From Phyllosticta citribraziliensis (Eukaryota): a DNA stretch of 64,000 nucleotides. The first letter of the stretch is position 1; each line of letters begins with the position of its first letter. Under the pieces are notes generated by a model that was not told where the DNA came from, made no database searches, and saw nothing but the letters and a program-made list of their open reading frames with translations. The position numbers and the translations under genes were made by a program. The stretch lies in contig NW_027117349.1 of assembly GCF_038025025.1 (NCBI RefSeq), positions 992,001-1,056,000 on the forward strand, read 5' to 3'. This document shows, piece by piece, positions 1-12,935 of this stretch.

Positions 1-2066
1 CTCTTGGCGCTGAGAATCCAGCTGGTTGTCCAGTTGTCGTAAACGGAAATCTCTTCACCGGTGGTGTAGTCGTAGACGCGGATCGACTGGTCGTAGCTGC
101 CCGAGAGGACACGCGAGTTGGGAGTGTCGAGGAAGAGGGAGCGCACCAGGCCGGTGTGCCCCACGAATTTCCTGACCACTTCTCCGGTTGCAACGTCAAA
201 CTTGTACACTGTCTGGTCGTTGCCACCGGCGAGGACGTACTTGGCATCGTCGCTAAATTCAACGGCTGCCAAGCCACGGTCACCGCTCCTCAGCTCCTTG
301 ACAAGGGCCCTGGTCTTGAGGTTCCAGAGCATGGCAGCACCATCGCCGCTTGCCGACACCAAAAGGTCGCCGCGCATTTGAACAGCATTGACCGGCCCGC
401 GGTGGCCATGGAGCTTCTTGATCAATTCACCCGTGTTGCGGTCCCAGATGCAAATGTGGTTGTCCTTGCTGCACGACACAATGTAGCGCGAGTCGAAGCA
501 AACGTCGAGGACACCAGCGTCGTGCGCCCTCAATTGCCATTTGGGCTCCCAAGTCTTGATGTCCCAAACAATGCAGCTGCTATCCGAAGAGCCAGTGACT
601 ACAATCTCGTCGTCGAATTGAAGGCAGAGAATGCTAGCCTCGTGGTAGAACTTGGGCTGGTGGAAGATGGCCTGACCCTCAGGCGTGCCATTGACCGACG
701 GCTGATTGTGCTGGGTGTAGGCGCGCTTGACCTCGAGCGGCTGCGGCGTGTTAGGCTGAGGCTTCGAGTCGGGTCCTCCTATGACCTTGAGACACTTGTA
801 CGTCTTCAGGTCCCACACGCGAATGGTGCGGTCGCGAGAACCGGTAATGATCTTGTCTTCGTCGAATTGGCAGCAGTAGACGCTGTCGGTGTGGCCGTTG
901 AAGTAGACGGCGGCCGGGTGGGAGCTCGTCCAGCGCCTCTCAATCGTCTTCCTGATGCGGTACATTTTCTTCCAATCCTGGTTTGGGCGTACCGAGCCGG
1001 CGCCAACACCGCCCATCTGAAGCGGAGGTGGGTCCACGTGGATCCTCTGGCCGTACCGACGCGAAAAGACCGTGCGCCAGACGTGCCTGGACGATGCGTG
1101 AACGGACCACGACCTGCTGACCCGCTCACAGGTTGTAAGGGATGCGGCGTCGAGGAAGGAAAAGACCTGCTCCGCGATTTCGCGGGGGAACAGGGCGACA
1201 AAGTCTGTGCTGGTGTCAATGGAGCGGTTCAGGACGGCGGCCGGCGAGGACGTACCCATCTTGGGGGGCAGCGGGGCGACGAGCTGACACTGGTCATCCC
1301 CTATGACGCTGTCAGTCTCGGAGGGCTGGGCGCCGGGCGAGGACAGCTTGGAGTAGCTCCTCGAGAAGATGTTCATGTTGGCGGCGTTCAGTTGGTTGGC
1401 AGACTCGCGAGCGGCATTGCCAGCGGTGAAATTGATATAGGGCGGACCGACGAGAGAGGGCGGCGGCACGGGGTTCCATCGGTCGTTGGCAGGGCCGGAG
1501 ACGGCAGGGCGTCGGAACTTCTTGAGGCTCCTGCGTGCACTTGCCCAGCGCTTAGGCATGATGGACGAGTGCGAGATTGACGACGACACGTTGGCGAGGC
1601 CATTGGAGAGGGAGGAGGAAGAGGGCTGGTCGTCGTCGTCGGCGACGACGTCGACGTCGGGGGAAGGAGCATAGGCGGGCGTGGGGACGGCTACCTCCTG
1701 ACGGCGGGACGGGCCAGATGATGAGCCGGCCATGGTGACTGCACCGTCGCGGGAGCGGTGCGAGGCGCTCTTGACCATTTGCTTGACCTGCTCCAAGGCA
1801 ATCTCGAGGCCCTGTATGGTGGACTGGCGGCGGGAGTGGGACGACGTGGTCGTGTTCATGCTGAGCGAGGCCTTGTGCTTGGCGTGTGGAGCATGGTGGT
1901 GGTGGTGAGCGTGGTCAGGCTGGTCAAAGACCTGGCTCTGGGTGCGCTTTGGGGGGCGTGGCGACGACGTGGTGGCAGACGAAGAAGACGAGTCGGCCGC
2001 GGAGGGCGGGGCAAGATGGGCTGTTTTGGGGCGGAAGGACAGGGTTGAGCGGCGGCGCTGGACCAT
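1..2066 (-). CDS. F-box/WD40-repeat protein, beta-TrCP/FWD-1/Pof11-like SCF substrate receptor (3' end runs off the window)
   Basis: Not in the ORF track because it has no stop inside the window. The minus-strand frame is open from ATG 2066 (alternative ATG 1733) to base 1. It encodes an F-box (DFVALFPREIAEQVFSFLDAASLTTCERVSRSW) and then WD repeats (GHTDSVYCCQFDEDKIITGSRDRTIRVWD; HEASILCLQFDDEIVVTGSSDSSCIVWD; GHRGPVNAVQMRGDLLVSASGD; GHTGLVRSLFLD). Confidence 0.93.
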   Translation of the reverse strand, partial: MVQRRRSTLSFRPKTAHLAPPSAADSSSSSATTSSPRPPKRTQSQVFDQPDHAHHHHHAPHAKHKASLSMNTTTSSHSRRQSTIQGLEIALEQVKQMVKSASHRSRDGAVTMAGSSSGPSRRQEVAVPTPAYAPSPDVDVVADDDDQPSSSSLSNGLANVSSSISHSSIMPKRWASARRSLKKFRRPAVSGPANDRWNPVPPPSLVGPPYINFTAGNAARESANQLNAANMNIFSRSYSKLSSPGAQPSETDSVIGDDQCQLVAPLPPKMGTSSPAAVLNRSIDTSTDFVALFPREIAEQVFSFLDAASLTTCERVSRSWSVHASSRHVWRTVFSRRYGQRIHVDPPPLQMGGVGAGSVRPNQDWKKMYRIRKTIERRWTSSHPAAVYFNGHTDSVYCCQFDEDKIITGSRDRTIRVWDLKTYKCLKVIGGPDSKPQPNTPQPLEVKRAYTQHNQPSVNGTPEGQAIFHQPKFYHEASILCLQFDDEIVVTGSSDSSCIVWDIKTWEPKWQLRAHDAGVLDVCFDSRYIVSCSKDNHICIWDRNTGELIKKLHGHRGPVNAVQMRGDLLVSASGDGAAMLWNLKTRALVKELRSGDRGLAAVEFSDDAKYVLAGGNDQTVYKFDVATGEVVRKFVGHTGLVRSLFLDTPNSRVLSGSYDQSIRVYDYTTGEEISVYDNWTTSWILSAK

Positions 2067-2499
2067 GGTAAGGAGTCAGAGTGGAGTGGCACAGACGGAC
2101 GATGTTTATACGGCGTCAGTCTGGTCGTGGGCCTAGGAGAGTAGCAATGAAGAAGGGTGCGAAGGAGTGGAGTCGATGACGGAATGGGGCAGCGCAGCGC
2201 GAGACGAGACGAGAGCACTGGCGAGGCGCGGCGAGGTCAGAGGGTCGGGGTCGGGCTTGGGCGGCGGGGCGGCCAAACGATGGGATGTCGAGGGAGAGAG
2301 GTTGAGTGGGACCGGGACCGGGACCGGGACGAAGAGCGAGAGGAGAGGAGAATTGAAGGGGTGAGTAAGACGGGGCGGCGAGCGAGCGAACGTGGAGAAT
2401 TTGAAGAAGGATAGGGTGGCAAGGGAGGGCGGCGGAGAAGAGGCGAAGAAGTGGTGAGAGACGGACGAGAGACGAGAGAGAAAAGAGGAAGAGGCGACG

Positions 2500-2614
2500 C
2501 GACGACGAGAGACGACGACGACGACGACGACGATGGATGACAAGTTGCTGGTCGCTGGGTCCGTCAGTAGCGCTGAAGTGAACCTGAACCTGAACCTGGG
2601 GGCGGGCTCGGGGC

Positions 2615-2649
<35 letters not shown>

Positions 2650-2650
2650 A
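2500..2650. repeat. Trinucleotide microsatellites (GAC)n at ~2500-2533 and (GGC)n at ~2615-2649
   Basis: Tandem runs read directly in the intergenic region between two divergent genes. Confidence 0.9.
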
Positions 2651-2972
2651 GACAAGCACAGGCACTCCTCTGGCGCCCTGCAATGCCATGGACACCGTCG
2701 CCATGCCGCTTTCAGACGTTTATTCTGCATCTTCTTCAGCTCTTCTCTGTCGTGAGTTTATGCGTCGCCCATGCACTGCCCACGGCATCGTCAGAATAGA
2801 CCCTCCCCTGTCATGTCCAGGGCCTCCAGCCCCATCGCCCACCTCTCTCACCACTCCCTCCCCTCCGCCCTTCTCTCCGAACACCACCTCAAAAAAATTT
2901 CATCGCCCCAGCTGCAGCTGCCCAACCTCCGCTCTTGCCTTGGCTGGTCCATCCGATTGCATCATCATTATC

Positions 2973-3407
2973 ATGGCAATCCCCGCCCTCTACCGCCTCT
3001 TCTTCCTCTACGTCGAGCCCTTGAGCACCCTCGTCGGCGCCATCTACGCGCATTTCTACCCGGCTACATACCTCGACCTGACCCATTTGCCCTCGGCTCC
3101 TCCCCCGGGCCTGGTCCCCGTGGGAACTCGCATCGTCTTGTCCCAGCTGGCCAACATGTACCTCGCCTTTGCCCTATCCGAAGCCCTCGTCCTGCGCTCC
3201 ACCGCCGACCTGCGCGTCTGGAAGCCCTTTTTGCTAGTCCTCCTCGTCGCCGACCTGGGCCACCTGTACTCGGTCAAGGCCCTGGGCCTGACTGTCTACT
3301 GGTCGCCGCACCTCTGGAATGCCATCGATTGGGGTAACCTGGGCTTTGTTTACCTCGGTGCCACAATGCGCACCGCCTTCCTGACTGGCCTCGGCCTGTC
3401 GCACTAG
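2973..3407 (+). CDS. Small conserved fungal integral membrane protein (144 aa, about 4 hydrophobic segments), function unknown
   Basis: ATG 2973 within ORF 2688..3407: MAIPALYRLFFLYVEPLSTLVGA...LLVADLGHL...WNAIDWGNLGFVYLGATMRTAFL. Codons become strongly C-ending from this ATG. Confidence 0.85.
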   Translation: MAIPALYRLFFLYVEPLSTLVGAIYAHFYPATYLDLTHLPSAPPPGLVPVGTRIVLSQLANMYLAFALSEALVLRSTADLRVWKPFLLVLLVADLGHLYSVKALGLTVYWSPHLWNAIDWGNLGFVYLGATMRTAFLTGLGLSH

Positions 3408-6400
3408 ATTCTATATCTGCCGCATCCCTCGACTCCCCCTCGGCATATGCCATGATGCCATCATGGTCATAGGCCCGTGACCCTTCTAAAGAACCATGGC
3501 GTTCCACTGTTGATTCCACGACTGTTTGGCGACTTGATCAAGCCATCAAGAGAAGCGGAATTGGCGTCGTTCAATACGCCAACACGTCGGAATTCGATAA
3601 AGAGCGCCAGTGATGAGCGAGGCTTTGTCCTCTTCCCTCGGTGCCTCCATTGCATTGTTTCCAGGAACGAAAGCAGTCTCTAGCGCCTTGTTGATGAGAG
3701 GCGTCGTTCCGCAATTGCGCCACAGCCATGCCATGCTCCCGTCGATGCACAGGAAAGAAGCGACCAGACCTTCCCTCATGCACTGCAAACGGAGACGCCT
3801 TGCCTCTGGCCCTGGCCCAACCCTTGCTCTTTGCACCCCAGGAGTAGCGTAGACCAGACCAAGCAAAGAAGCAAAATTCAATAGTGTTTGGACTGCACCT
3901 CATCTTGTCGTCCCGCGCTCCCGTCCGTCCGTCCGTCCGTCCGTCCCTTGGCGCTTGTTGGGTGCTTGCGCCAGGCCACTGTTTCAGGGCAAAGGACCTT
4001 TCCAAACCTGCCACGCAAAACCAATCCATCCCCCGCCACAAACAGCGCCAGAACAACGTGAACTCTGGCGCGTCGTTCCAGTGTCACGCCATATGGCGTT
4101 CTTCCAAGCTGGGAGCGGCAGCAATAGATTCATCCACTACACCCCCACCACACCCTCGCCCTGAGAGTTGACTTTGCCCAACGCAAGCCTGTCCGTCGAA
4201 ACCTAAACGCAGGCCGGCCTTGGCTCTGAGGTGGTCAGGTCCCTCGGACGGACTGCTGCGTCACTGCGTCATCGCGTCACTGCGGCGCTACGCACGGCAA
4301 GGCAGGTACCTAACCCACTTACCTCACTCTCTCCTCGTCGGGCGGTCTCTCTCTTCTCACCGCCGGTCGCACCAGGCAGCCTGCTCCTAGGTACATACTA
4401 CTGTCGTTGTTCCCCACCATCTCCGGACGCGGGTCTGCCCTTAGTCGCCGCGTCTGCACCTACGCACCCGTCACCGGCCGTCATGTACATGTGTACGCAC
4501 GACGCGTTGTTCTCTAATTCTCCATCTAATCAAGAATATTCCAAAAATTAAGGTCGCTGCCAAGGTCGGTGGTTGCGGGCAGACTGACGACTGCGCCTTG
4601 GGCAGGCAAGCAGGCATGGCAGGCAAGCAGCCAGTCGGCTCTTCCCGGCTCTCCGCGCTCGCCTCGTCCACCCCCTCCACTATCCACCTCTCCAACCCCA
4701 ACCCACCATTTGTTTCCTCCGCCGCCGCATCTTGCTGTTCGCTCGCCCTCTGCATCCGATACGTCTATATTTAGCCCACGCGCCGCCGTCTCGTTGCACA
4801 CCGTTTCGCGTGGCCAGGGCAGAGATTCAGGGTGGACAGCAGTTACTTAGTTGCACGACATGCGTTTCACCTCTTGCCCTCTCTCTCTCGCCATTGTTCA
4901 CCGCGGAAGGTGAAACTGAGAGACTACTCTTTTTGGGGTGGGGGCTTGCGATGATGGCGCAATTCGCAATTCGCAATTCAATTCGCAACGAGACACAAAG
5001 TTACACTGTAGCCACCCGACGGATGGATGGGCGGCAGATGACGAACAAGGCGACACGTGGGCGCCACGAAAAGGGTCTCTCTGTCTCTCTCGTTATCTTC
5101 CGCTTGCTTTGCTCATTTGTTGCTGCTGTGTGGCACACTGGCTGGTGGGCGGTGGGCGGATGCTAAGCTGCTCACCTCATCATCCCATCCCGTCTCATCG
5201 TGGCGCTGTGCCGTGCGCGTTGTGACTGACCGACTGCGTACGCAGCGCAGCAGCGCCCATCATGACGAGTGACGGATGACGGCAGCCAAGCAATCGGAAG
5301 CACTTTAGGTTGTTGACCGGACGGCCCCCAACTGCACTGGCTAGGTGTCGGTGTGCCGTTGTCTGCATACGTCACACATCGTGACTTTCCTTCTTTCTTT
5401 TCCTTCATTCCGCATCATCCAGTCGAAGCCGCGTAGGTCCAACGATTCAAACTCACACTCACCGCTGACTCACCGCTGACGCGACAGGTAGATGGGTGCG
5501 CGCGCCAGCCATCTGTCTTCTTCTTCTACCTACCTCCAACCAACCCATGATCCAGCCAGCGAGCGCGCCTCCCGCCACCGCGCACTGCATCTTTTCACCA
5601 CAAATATCCTAGTACCCTGTCCCGAGCATCCATGCTGGCCAGCGCCCGGCCAAGGTACTGCGATCATCCCTGCTCTTTGCCGTTGTGGGGGTAAATATAG
5701 CCTGCCTCTGTCTTTTTTCTCTGTGTGATTGGGCACAGTGTTTATCTACCAAGGCAGCCCGATTGTGCTATCTTTACCAAGTGGGCGAGAGGGCTGGCTG
5801 GTTGGTTGGTTGGTCGAAGGTCTGTCTGCCGATGTACAGCCATTCTAATTCCATCGTATTCCAGCTGCTCTTTTTCCTCTCCTTTCCTCTTCTCTTCTCT
5901 ACATAGTTGTAACACGCCCTTCAGTGTTTACTCGTAAGAGGCGGAGGGGCGGTAGAGAGGTAACACCATCCACCAATCTACCAACCCACCTGCCCATCCA
6001 TCACACGCACAGAATCCATTCAAACGAGAAACGCGAAACGATAAAAGTTACAGCGGGTAAAAGCCACAGCAAGAAAGAAAGTGACGCAGAAATGACGTGC
6101 GCTGCGCCACACCTCCCGCCATCGCTTCTCTGGCAGGCAGGCAGCTTGAGATTTAGAGTTGTGGTAGAGTTAAGGTTCAGCGGAGCCACACACTCGGACC
6201 GAGATGGAGAGGCTTGGTGAGGGTTGGCGAGGTGTGTGAGTCAGTGTGTGATTGATGTGACGTGACGGGTTTGTGGACAGTGACGGGATGTTTGTTAGAC
6301 GCACACATTGTAGAGGAGGAGGAGGAGGAGGAGCGGCGGGATAGACGCTTGAGAGACAGCAAGGCGCGCACCGACCTGACTACCTTATCTACAGAGAGAC

Positions 6401-6833
6401 GAAATATATGCGTAGCAGTAGCAGTGTGTGAGCAGGCCTGTCAGTGAAGTACATGTAGTTGAATCGAAAGGCGTGCACGTCTCGTCTCAGCCAAGCAGCC
6501 GGCTTGCAGCAGAGACATGACTGCCGCCAAGGCGTGCGTGCGTGGGGCAGACAGACACACAGTCCGCGTGGATACCACGTTGGGTGGCTGCCATGTCTCG
6601 GGTTGCGGGAAAAGACTGAGCGAGCAAAATCCTAGACAACGACTCCCGGCGGGCGCGCACGTTCTCCATCAGAGACAAGCAGAGACAAGTCGCAGACGGG
6701 AAGCAAGTGGTCGATTGATTGATTCGGTGCCAGACGTACGCCGAGGACGCCACGACACCCAGCCGGTGCAAGCAAGCCAGCAAACAGAAACTCTACCCCT
6801 GACATACCAGCCCCCCTTGGCGCACCCCCTCCT

Positions 6834-8572
6834 CTACGCCCTGTCCCCCTCCACGGCGCCCCAAAAATCACCTACGCCCTTGCGCAGCCCCTGCTCAAAC
6901 TCCCACACATACTCGCCGCCCATGCCGCTCTCGACGACGCGCTTGCGCACCCACGTCTCGACGCTGCCGATCCTGTCGGCGCCGTCCGCGCCCTGCTGCT
7001 CGCCCCTGTGCCGCCAAAAGGCCGCCGCGTCGTCGAAGCCCGTCTCCCAACCCTTCTCGTAGCGCCAGTGCTCGAACGGCGTGCCGGGCGACGCGCCGTC
7101 CCAGTAGTTGGCGTGCGCCGAGACGGAGCCGTGGCGCAGGTCGTCGCGGCGGTTGAGCGCCGCTTGCAGGCGCGATTGGACGGTTGAGTGCGAGAGGGTG
7201 AGGTAGGAGGGAGGGGGGTGCGCGCCGCGCGGGACGACGGATTGCAGGCCCCATTCGCCGCCGGGTGCCCATTGCTGGTGAGGTCAGTCATCTGCTTCGA
7301 AGGGTTCATCAGAGGAAGGAGACTTACCATCTTGTACGTCCAGAAAAACGCGCCCATGGCCTTCTCCTGATGCGCCTGGCACTGCGCTGTCCCGAATTCC
7401 TTGACCAGCTCGTCCCGCGACTTGCGGCTCCGCTTCCAGCTTTCTTCGCCCAACACGCAGCTCCACTCGCCGACGACGACGGCGACGGCGCCCTTCTTCA
7501 GCACGTTGCCGCCGCGCTGCGGCACGCCGTCCAGCTTGCGCCGCGCCTCGCCGGCAATCTGTTCCGGCGCCTTGAGCTTGTTCTGGTCGCCAAAGCACCA
7601 GTAGTGGTGCGTGTCGACGACGACGGGCGCCGGCCGCGAGCGCACGTTGACGGCGTTGACGCGCTGCGCGTAGCTGACGCCCTTGTCCAGGTTCCACGCG
7701 TCCGAGATGTAGACGGGCAGCGTCGGGTCGATGGCCTGCACCGCGTCGACGACGCTATCATACCACTCCCACAGCCCGCGCGCCTCCCACTCGGCCTCGT
7801 TGCACACCTGCAGGCCGACCACGCCGTCGCCAAAGCCCGCCGCGTTTGCCGCGATCTCGCGCGCAATGTGCTCCAGACACTGCCTGCTCTTTGCCCGCAG
7901 GTGCCCGCACCCGCGGCCCCAGTGCTCCGCCTTGCCGCAGTTCGTCCCGCTGTGCTCGCTGCCGTTGGCGCCGCCGGGGATGCCGTGCAGGTCAATCAGC
8001 ACGCCGACGCCCCGGCTCTTTGCGCGCAGCGTCAGGTCCCGGACCGCCGCCCACGCGTTGGCGTACACGTCGCCGACGTTGGCAAACGGCGTGCCGTCGC
8101 AGAAAGCTGGGCCCAGCGTCCAGTGGCCGATGGGCAGGCGGATGGCATTGACTTTGGCGACGTTGACCAGCCAGTCCAGGTCCCTGTCTGTCAGCGCGTT
8201 GGCCCAGTGCTCCTCGAGCTTCTTGCGTGCGCCGTCGACGCCGAAGAGCTTGACGAGGTGCTGCGCGCAGGCGAGCTCGGATGACTGCTTCTCTGGGAGT
8301 CCGGTGAAGAGGTGCGGATATAGCCAGCGCTCAAGGCAGAAGATGGTGCCGAGATTTGTACCGTGCTGATAGCGGTAGCGCAAGACGTCGGTAGCGGTTG
8401 CGGGATGCAGGTTGTCCTGGCGGTCAGGCGAAGACGTCAAGGGCTTTGGAGGGATGGGAGGAGGGCCATTGGATTTAGCGGGTGTCGAAGATGAGTTATC
8501 TTGGTGGGAGAGGGACAGATCTTGGAGTTTGGATTCGAGCTTCGATTTGGCGCGGTTGAGATATTTTTCCAT
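6834..8572 (-). CDS. Glycoside hydrolase family 5, exo-1,3-beta-glucanase-like, no signal peptide; one intron at 7275..7327
   Basis: GH5 motifs GTNLGTIFCLERWL, AIRLPIGHW, LIDLHGIPGGANG, acid/base LQVCNEA, DTHHY and nucleophile VVGEWS. Splicing GTAAGT(7327)...CAG(7275) restores FFWTYKM-QWAPGGEWG and gives a TAG stop at 6834-6836. Confidence 0.92.
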
Positions 8573-9052
8573 GATGGTGACAAACGGGTGAGTGGAGTAG
8601 AGGTAGGTGGGTGGGTGAGGACGCGTCGTAGGTTAAATAAGGCAGACGAGTGACGTTGCGGAAACCTGATGAGCTGGACGTGTATGCAGGTACACGAATC
8701 CAGTCACGGCGGCCTTGATTGTGCGGACTACAAGGCCGACGATGGGGGAGTCAGGTCGGATTGGATGTCGCAATGACGTACCGTGATACCGAGTTGCAGG
8801 GTTCAGGGTTCGTTATCCAGGGCAGGCTGACTGATTGGCTGGCGGCGCTGGAAGGTGCTGGCGAGCTACAACCATCGAGTTGCAAAACAACAAACTGCAA
8901 GACTAAGACTATAGAAATGCATACGTTTTATCCCATCCTTGTCAAAACAACCTAGCAGCGCCAACGATGCTCGGCCAAACCGTAACTCCGCGCTCGAAAA
9001 AGATTCATCAACTCGTTGTGATATACGCAGTTTCCGAACCAGCGTGATGCTT

Positions 9053-11452
9053 TCATTGCAGCTCAACCTCCATCGGGTGCGTCCTCGACTTGTTTGCGCT
9101 TGGACTGGGGCTTCTGTGCCCCGTTGCGAGAGCTGCAAATCCAGCCACCAGCCCGGGCTCTCCATTGAAACTGCTCTCGTTTGTGTGGATCTCCCTTTCT
9201 TTTGTCTCCCCCGTCGCCGGATTACCACTCTCGACCTTGTAGAGAACAGGTCCCGCCGCTTCTGCAGCTTCTGGATGAGGCCGCTGCCTTTGAGTGTTGG
9301 GAAATAATGCAGGGCCATTGAGTTCCTCGTCCTTGCGACCAAAAACCTCGGCCCACCACCGGACTCTGGCCATGTCGGGCACAAAGATGCGCTCCTTCCC
9401 GCGAACGCGGTCGTCGACCGTGGCATCATATCGCTCATTCATAAACATTGCCTTGCGGGCCAAGAAAAAGTCCCACACGCTTTGCGTCCTGTCGTGGGCC
9501 TTGTATTCAGCCCGTTCCTTTTCATTGTCGAACAAAAAGGTTCCATATTGGCACGAGTAGAGATGGTAGAGCAGTCGTTTGAGGAAGCGGTCGTTGAATT
9601 CGAAGCGCGTGGGATGTTGGCAGAGAAGTTGATATACCGCATCCAGGAATTGGTGAAAGACTGGACTGACTTCGTCGAGTTTGGTAGAGTTGCCCTTTTC
9701 AGGTGTATGCGGAGTGCCATTGGACCGAGCGTTGGGAGACTCGTAGCCCGACTTCATTTCTGTCTCGGGTTCCACCAAGGACTCTCTGCTGTCGTTTCTC
9801 TTGTTTCCAAAGAAGCCTTTGGCGCTGAGCAACGCATTCTCAAATGCATTACCGCTACCAGCTGGACCATTGTTGGCGCCTTCGCCCCCACCGATACGCT
9901 CATTTTCAATCTCAAACCACTTTTCACTGTTCAAGAGCCCAGAACGTTGTCGAAATTGGTGGCCAAACGAAAGCCAGTCTTTTTCCACAAGAACAATGAA
10001 TCCCTCCATCGTCCGGTAATACGGGTCGAGGCAAATCTGAGCCAGGGCGCTCAACTGGCTTGTCCGGTCCCATCCGTCGGAGCAGTGAATCAAGACGTGC
10101 GAGTGCTCAATTGCGATTGCCCGGACAATGATGCGGGCTCCGTCAAGAATCAGCGATATGTGTTCTAGCCACCCACTCTTGGCAAGCTGATCTCTACTCG
10201 GAGGCAAGTCTGCCATGTCAGTGTGCTTCAAGGCGTCGACAACCTTGTTCAAAGAGTTGCGCATCACGTGGATATTGGCAATGCCGAGATATGCCTTGGC
10301 TGCAGCACCGTAGTGAGCCATGTCCTCGGAACCTTTTCCTATGGCCGAGTTGACCGTGGCATTCAGCCTCGGTCGAGCATCGACGATGAGATTCTTTTGT
10401 TGTGCGCCGTACATGCGGCCTCGAGGGTTGGTCGCCGAAGCGAGGGCATGGTCCTCGGCAGCAGTGTCAGCCACGACAAAAGAGCTCTCACCGCTGACAG
10501 GAGGCAGTTGCTCTGTGCTCTGACTTGGGCTGTCTACGTGACTTGGGGACGACGAAGGTGAAGGTTGTAAAGAGTCGGGCATGAACGCTTCGCCATTTGG
10601 CCGAGACGTGGCAAAGATCGCCGCAATGAGCTTTTCGTCCTGCGGATTTCTCTTTCTTTGAAGTCCCGGGAGAGGTTGAGAGCTCCTCGTTATGGAGCAA
10701 TTGTTGATAGGGTGGAGGTAAACGAGGGCCGGTATTCTCGCTCTGGAGCGAAAGTCTCTAGCATACTTGAGTGTCATGTCGGAAATCACGGAGGGTACTG
10801 CGAGAAGCGATGGATAGGTGGGCGAGTACTGAGATTGTCAGCTTGACCTCGACGATCTTCGAGCGTATTCACCTGATAGTCATGGTTGATTGCTGATATC
10901 CTCCAACCTTTGTCCGTGTCCTTGGCACTGATTCCCATGCGCTTAAACTCTCGCCTCGGGTCGTACAAGTTCCAGCCTGATATGGCCTTTTCGGGATCCG
11001 GCGACTTGTAGCTAAAGGCATACAGCCTCTCTACGCTTCCAACCTTGCAAGTCAGGCAGCGTATGGTGTCGTAGGCCTCGCGCGCTTCCGTGTCTTTGGC
11101 AAAATGCAGTGCGAAAAAGGTAAAGTCGCGGCACTGGAATCGCATGATGGGCGACGAGTGTTGGACCGAAAAGGACGGCCTGTAGGTGCATCGTGATATC
11201 ATGGGATAGGCTACCCACATCTCCCGCAGGCGAGGGGCCGGAGGTTTGTCTTGGGCCGTGTGCGGCTGCGGTTGAGCGGGATCATAGTATCTGAAGATCA
11301 AGTGGTGCAGTTGCAGATGCAGCGTGCCGTCGACCTTCCGTCCGGTCCGCCAGAGGGTGACATTGTCGACCTAGGTCGCGGTGAGCGGAGCGTTCGTGCA
11401 GACGAGCTGTGGGTTGCCGACGTACCTTTGAAACCTTGATTCTGTTGTCCAT
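9053..11452 (-). CDS. YMR1: Myotubularin-family phosphatidylinositol 3-phosphate phosphatase; introns at 11371..11425 and 10829..10872
   Basis: Catalytic signature VLIHCSDGWDRTSQL, plus VEKDWLSFGH and FEFNDRFL. N-terminal exons splice to MDNRIKVSK-VDNVTL... and ...INHDYQ-YSPTYPSLLAVP. Confidence 0.96.
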
Positions 11453-11881
11453 GGTGGAAGGCAGAGAGCCCCGCGACGGGAACGAGCGAGGAAGAGACGG
11501 CGTCAGCAGGGCTCAGGGAGTCGGGGGGTTGAGGTCAGCTGTCGCGACAGAGGGTTGGGAAGCGCATACGGCTGGAAGGAAGTTGACGGCTTGGGCGAAA
11601 TGACATCGCTGGTCCGCTAGCTCATCAGCGCCGACCTGACGGAATTGCCCTGGCTCAACTGGCTGGCGTCCGAGGACTGACCCGGAGATCTGTCGGTGCG
11701 GTCGCGATTAGATAATCTGGCCAGGCGGAGGAAGGAACTTCTTGGTCCGTGTCCTAAGCGCTCGCCCACACAATTTTGACCGCCGCCTTGATCCAACCAC
11801 CCAACGACGACAACCCGACCACCGCGAGACCTCTGATTCTACCCGCCGCGTAGAATCATCCTCAGTCAACCAACAGTCAAC

Positions 11882-12935
11882 ATGGCCGCCGCCGCTCACG
11901 CCGCTATGTACGTCCACCTCGCAAAATCCGTCGCCCACCGTCCGTTTCGCTAACAATTCCCTGCAGCTCCAAGAGGAGAAAGTTCGTCGCCGGTACGGTC
12001 TACCCTTTCACCGTCGCATTGCAATTTTGGTGGCTTGGTGGAGAAGTGGGAACTGGATAAGAAGCCGCAAGATTGGGCCAGAGATGGATCTGCGGGGATG
12101 CACCAGCGAGCAGCAACTGACGTACCGCCTCAGATGGTGTCTTCTACGCCGAGCTGAACGAGTTCTTCCAGCGCGAGCTCGCTGAGGAGGGATACTCCGG
12201 TGTCGAGGTCCGCGTCACGCCCACCGTTACCGACATCATCATCCGCGCCACCCACACCCAAGAGGTTCTCGGCGAGCAGGGCCGCCGCATCCGCGAGCTC
12301 ACCTCGCTCATCCAGAAGCGCTTCAAGTTCCCCGAGAACTCGGTTTCCCTCTACGCCGCCAAGGTCTCGAACCGTGGTCTGTCCGCCGTCGCTCAGTGCG
12401 AGTCGCTCCGCTACAAGCTCCTCAACGGTCTTGCCGTCAGGAGGGCATGCTACGGTGTCCTGCGCTTCATCATGGAGTCGGGCGCCAAGGGTTGCGAGGT
12501 CGTCGTCTCCGGAAAGCTGAGGGCCGCTCGTGCCAAGTCCATGAAGTTCACTGTATGTGAAGGCGCCAGTCTAGCAAACGACCACTTTCTAACTCGACTT
12601 AGGACGGCTTCATGATCCACTCCGGTCAGCCCGCCCAGGACTTCATCGACACCGCCACTCGCCACGTCCTCCTCCGCCAGGGTGTCCTCGGTATCAAGGT
12701 CAAGATCATGCGCGGCTCCGACCCCGAGGGCAAGGCCGGCCCCCAGAAGTCGCTCCCCGACTCCGTCACCATCATCGAGCCCAAGGAGGAGCAGCCCATC
12801 GTCCAGCCCATGTCCCAGGACTACGGCGCCAAGGCCATCGCCGCCCAGCAGGCCGCTGAGCAGCAGAGGCTGGCCGAGGAGGCCGAGGCTCAGGGTGAGC
12901 AGGCTCCCGCCGAGACTTTTGCTGAGCAGCAGTAA
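11882..12935 (+). CDS. RPS3: 40S ribosomal protein S3 (uS3); three introns
   Basis: Spliced product [47 protein letters not shown]...[31 protein letters not shown]...[14 protein letters not shown]. Extreme codon bias. Confidence 0.99.

Noticed and set aside
156..1580. 474-aa + strand ORF
   Set aside because: Antisense shadow of the F-box/WD40 gene caused by GC-rich codon bias; no recognisable motifs.
7265..8284. 339-aa + strand ORF
   Set aside because: Antisense shadow of the GH5 gene.
11993..12133. snoRNA in the long RPS3 intron
   Set aside because: No convincing C/D or H/ACA boxes seen.
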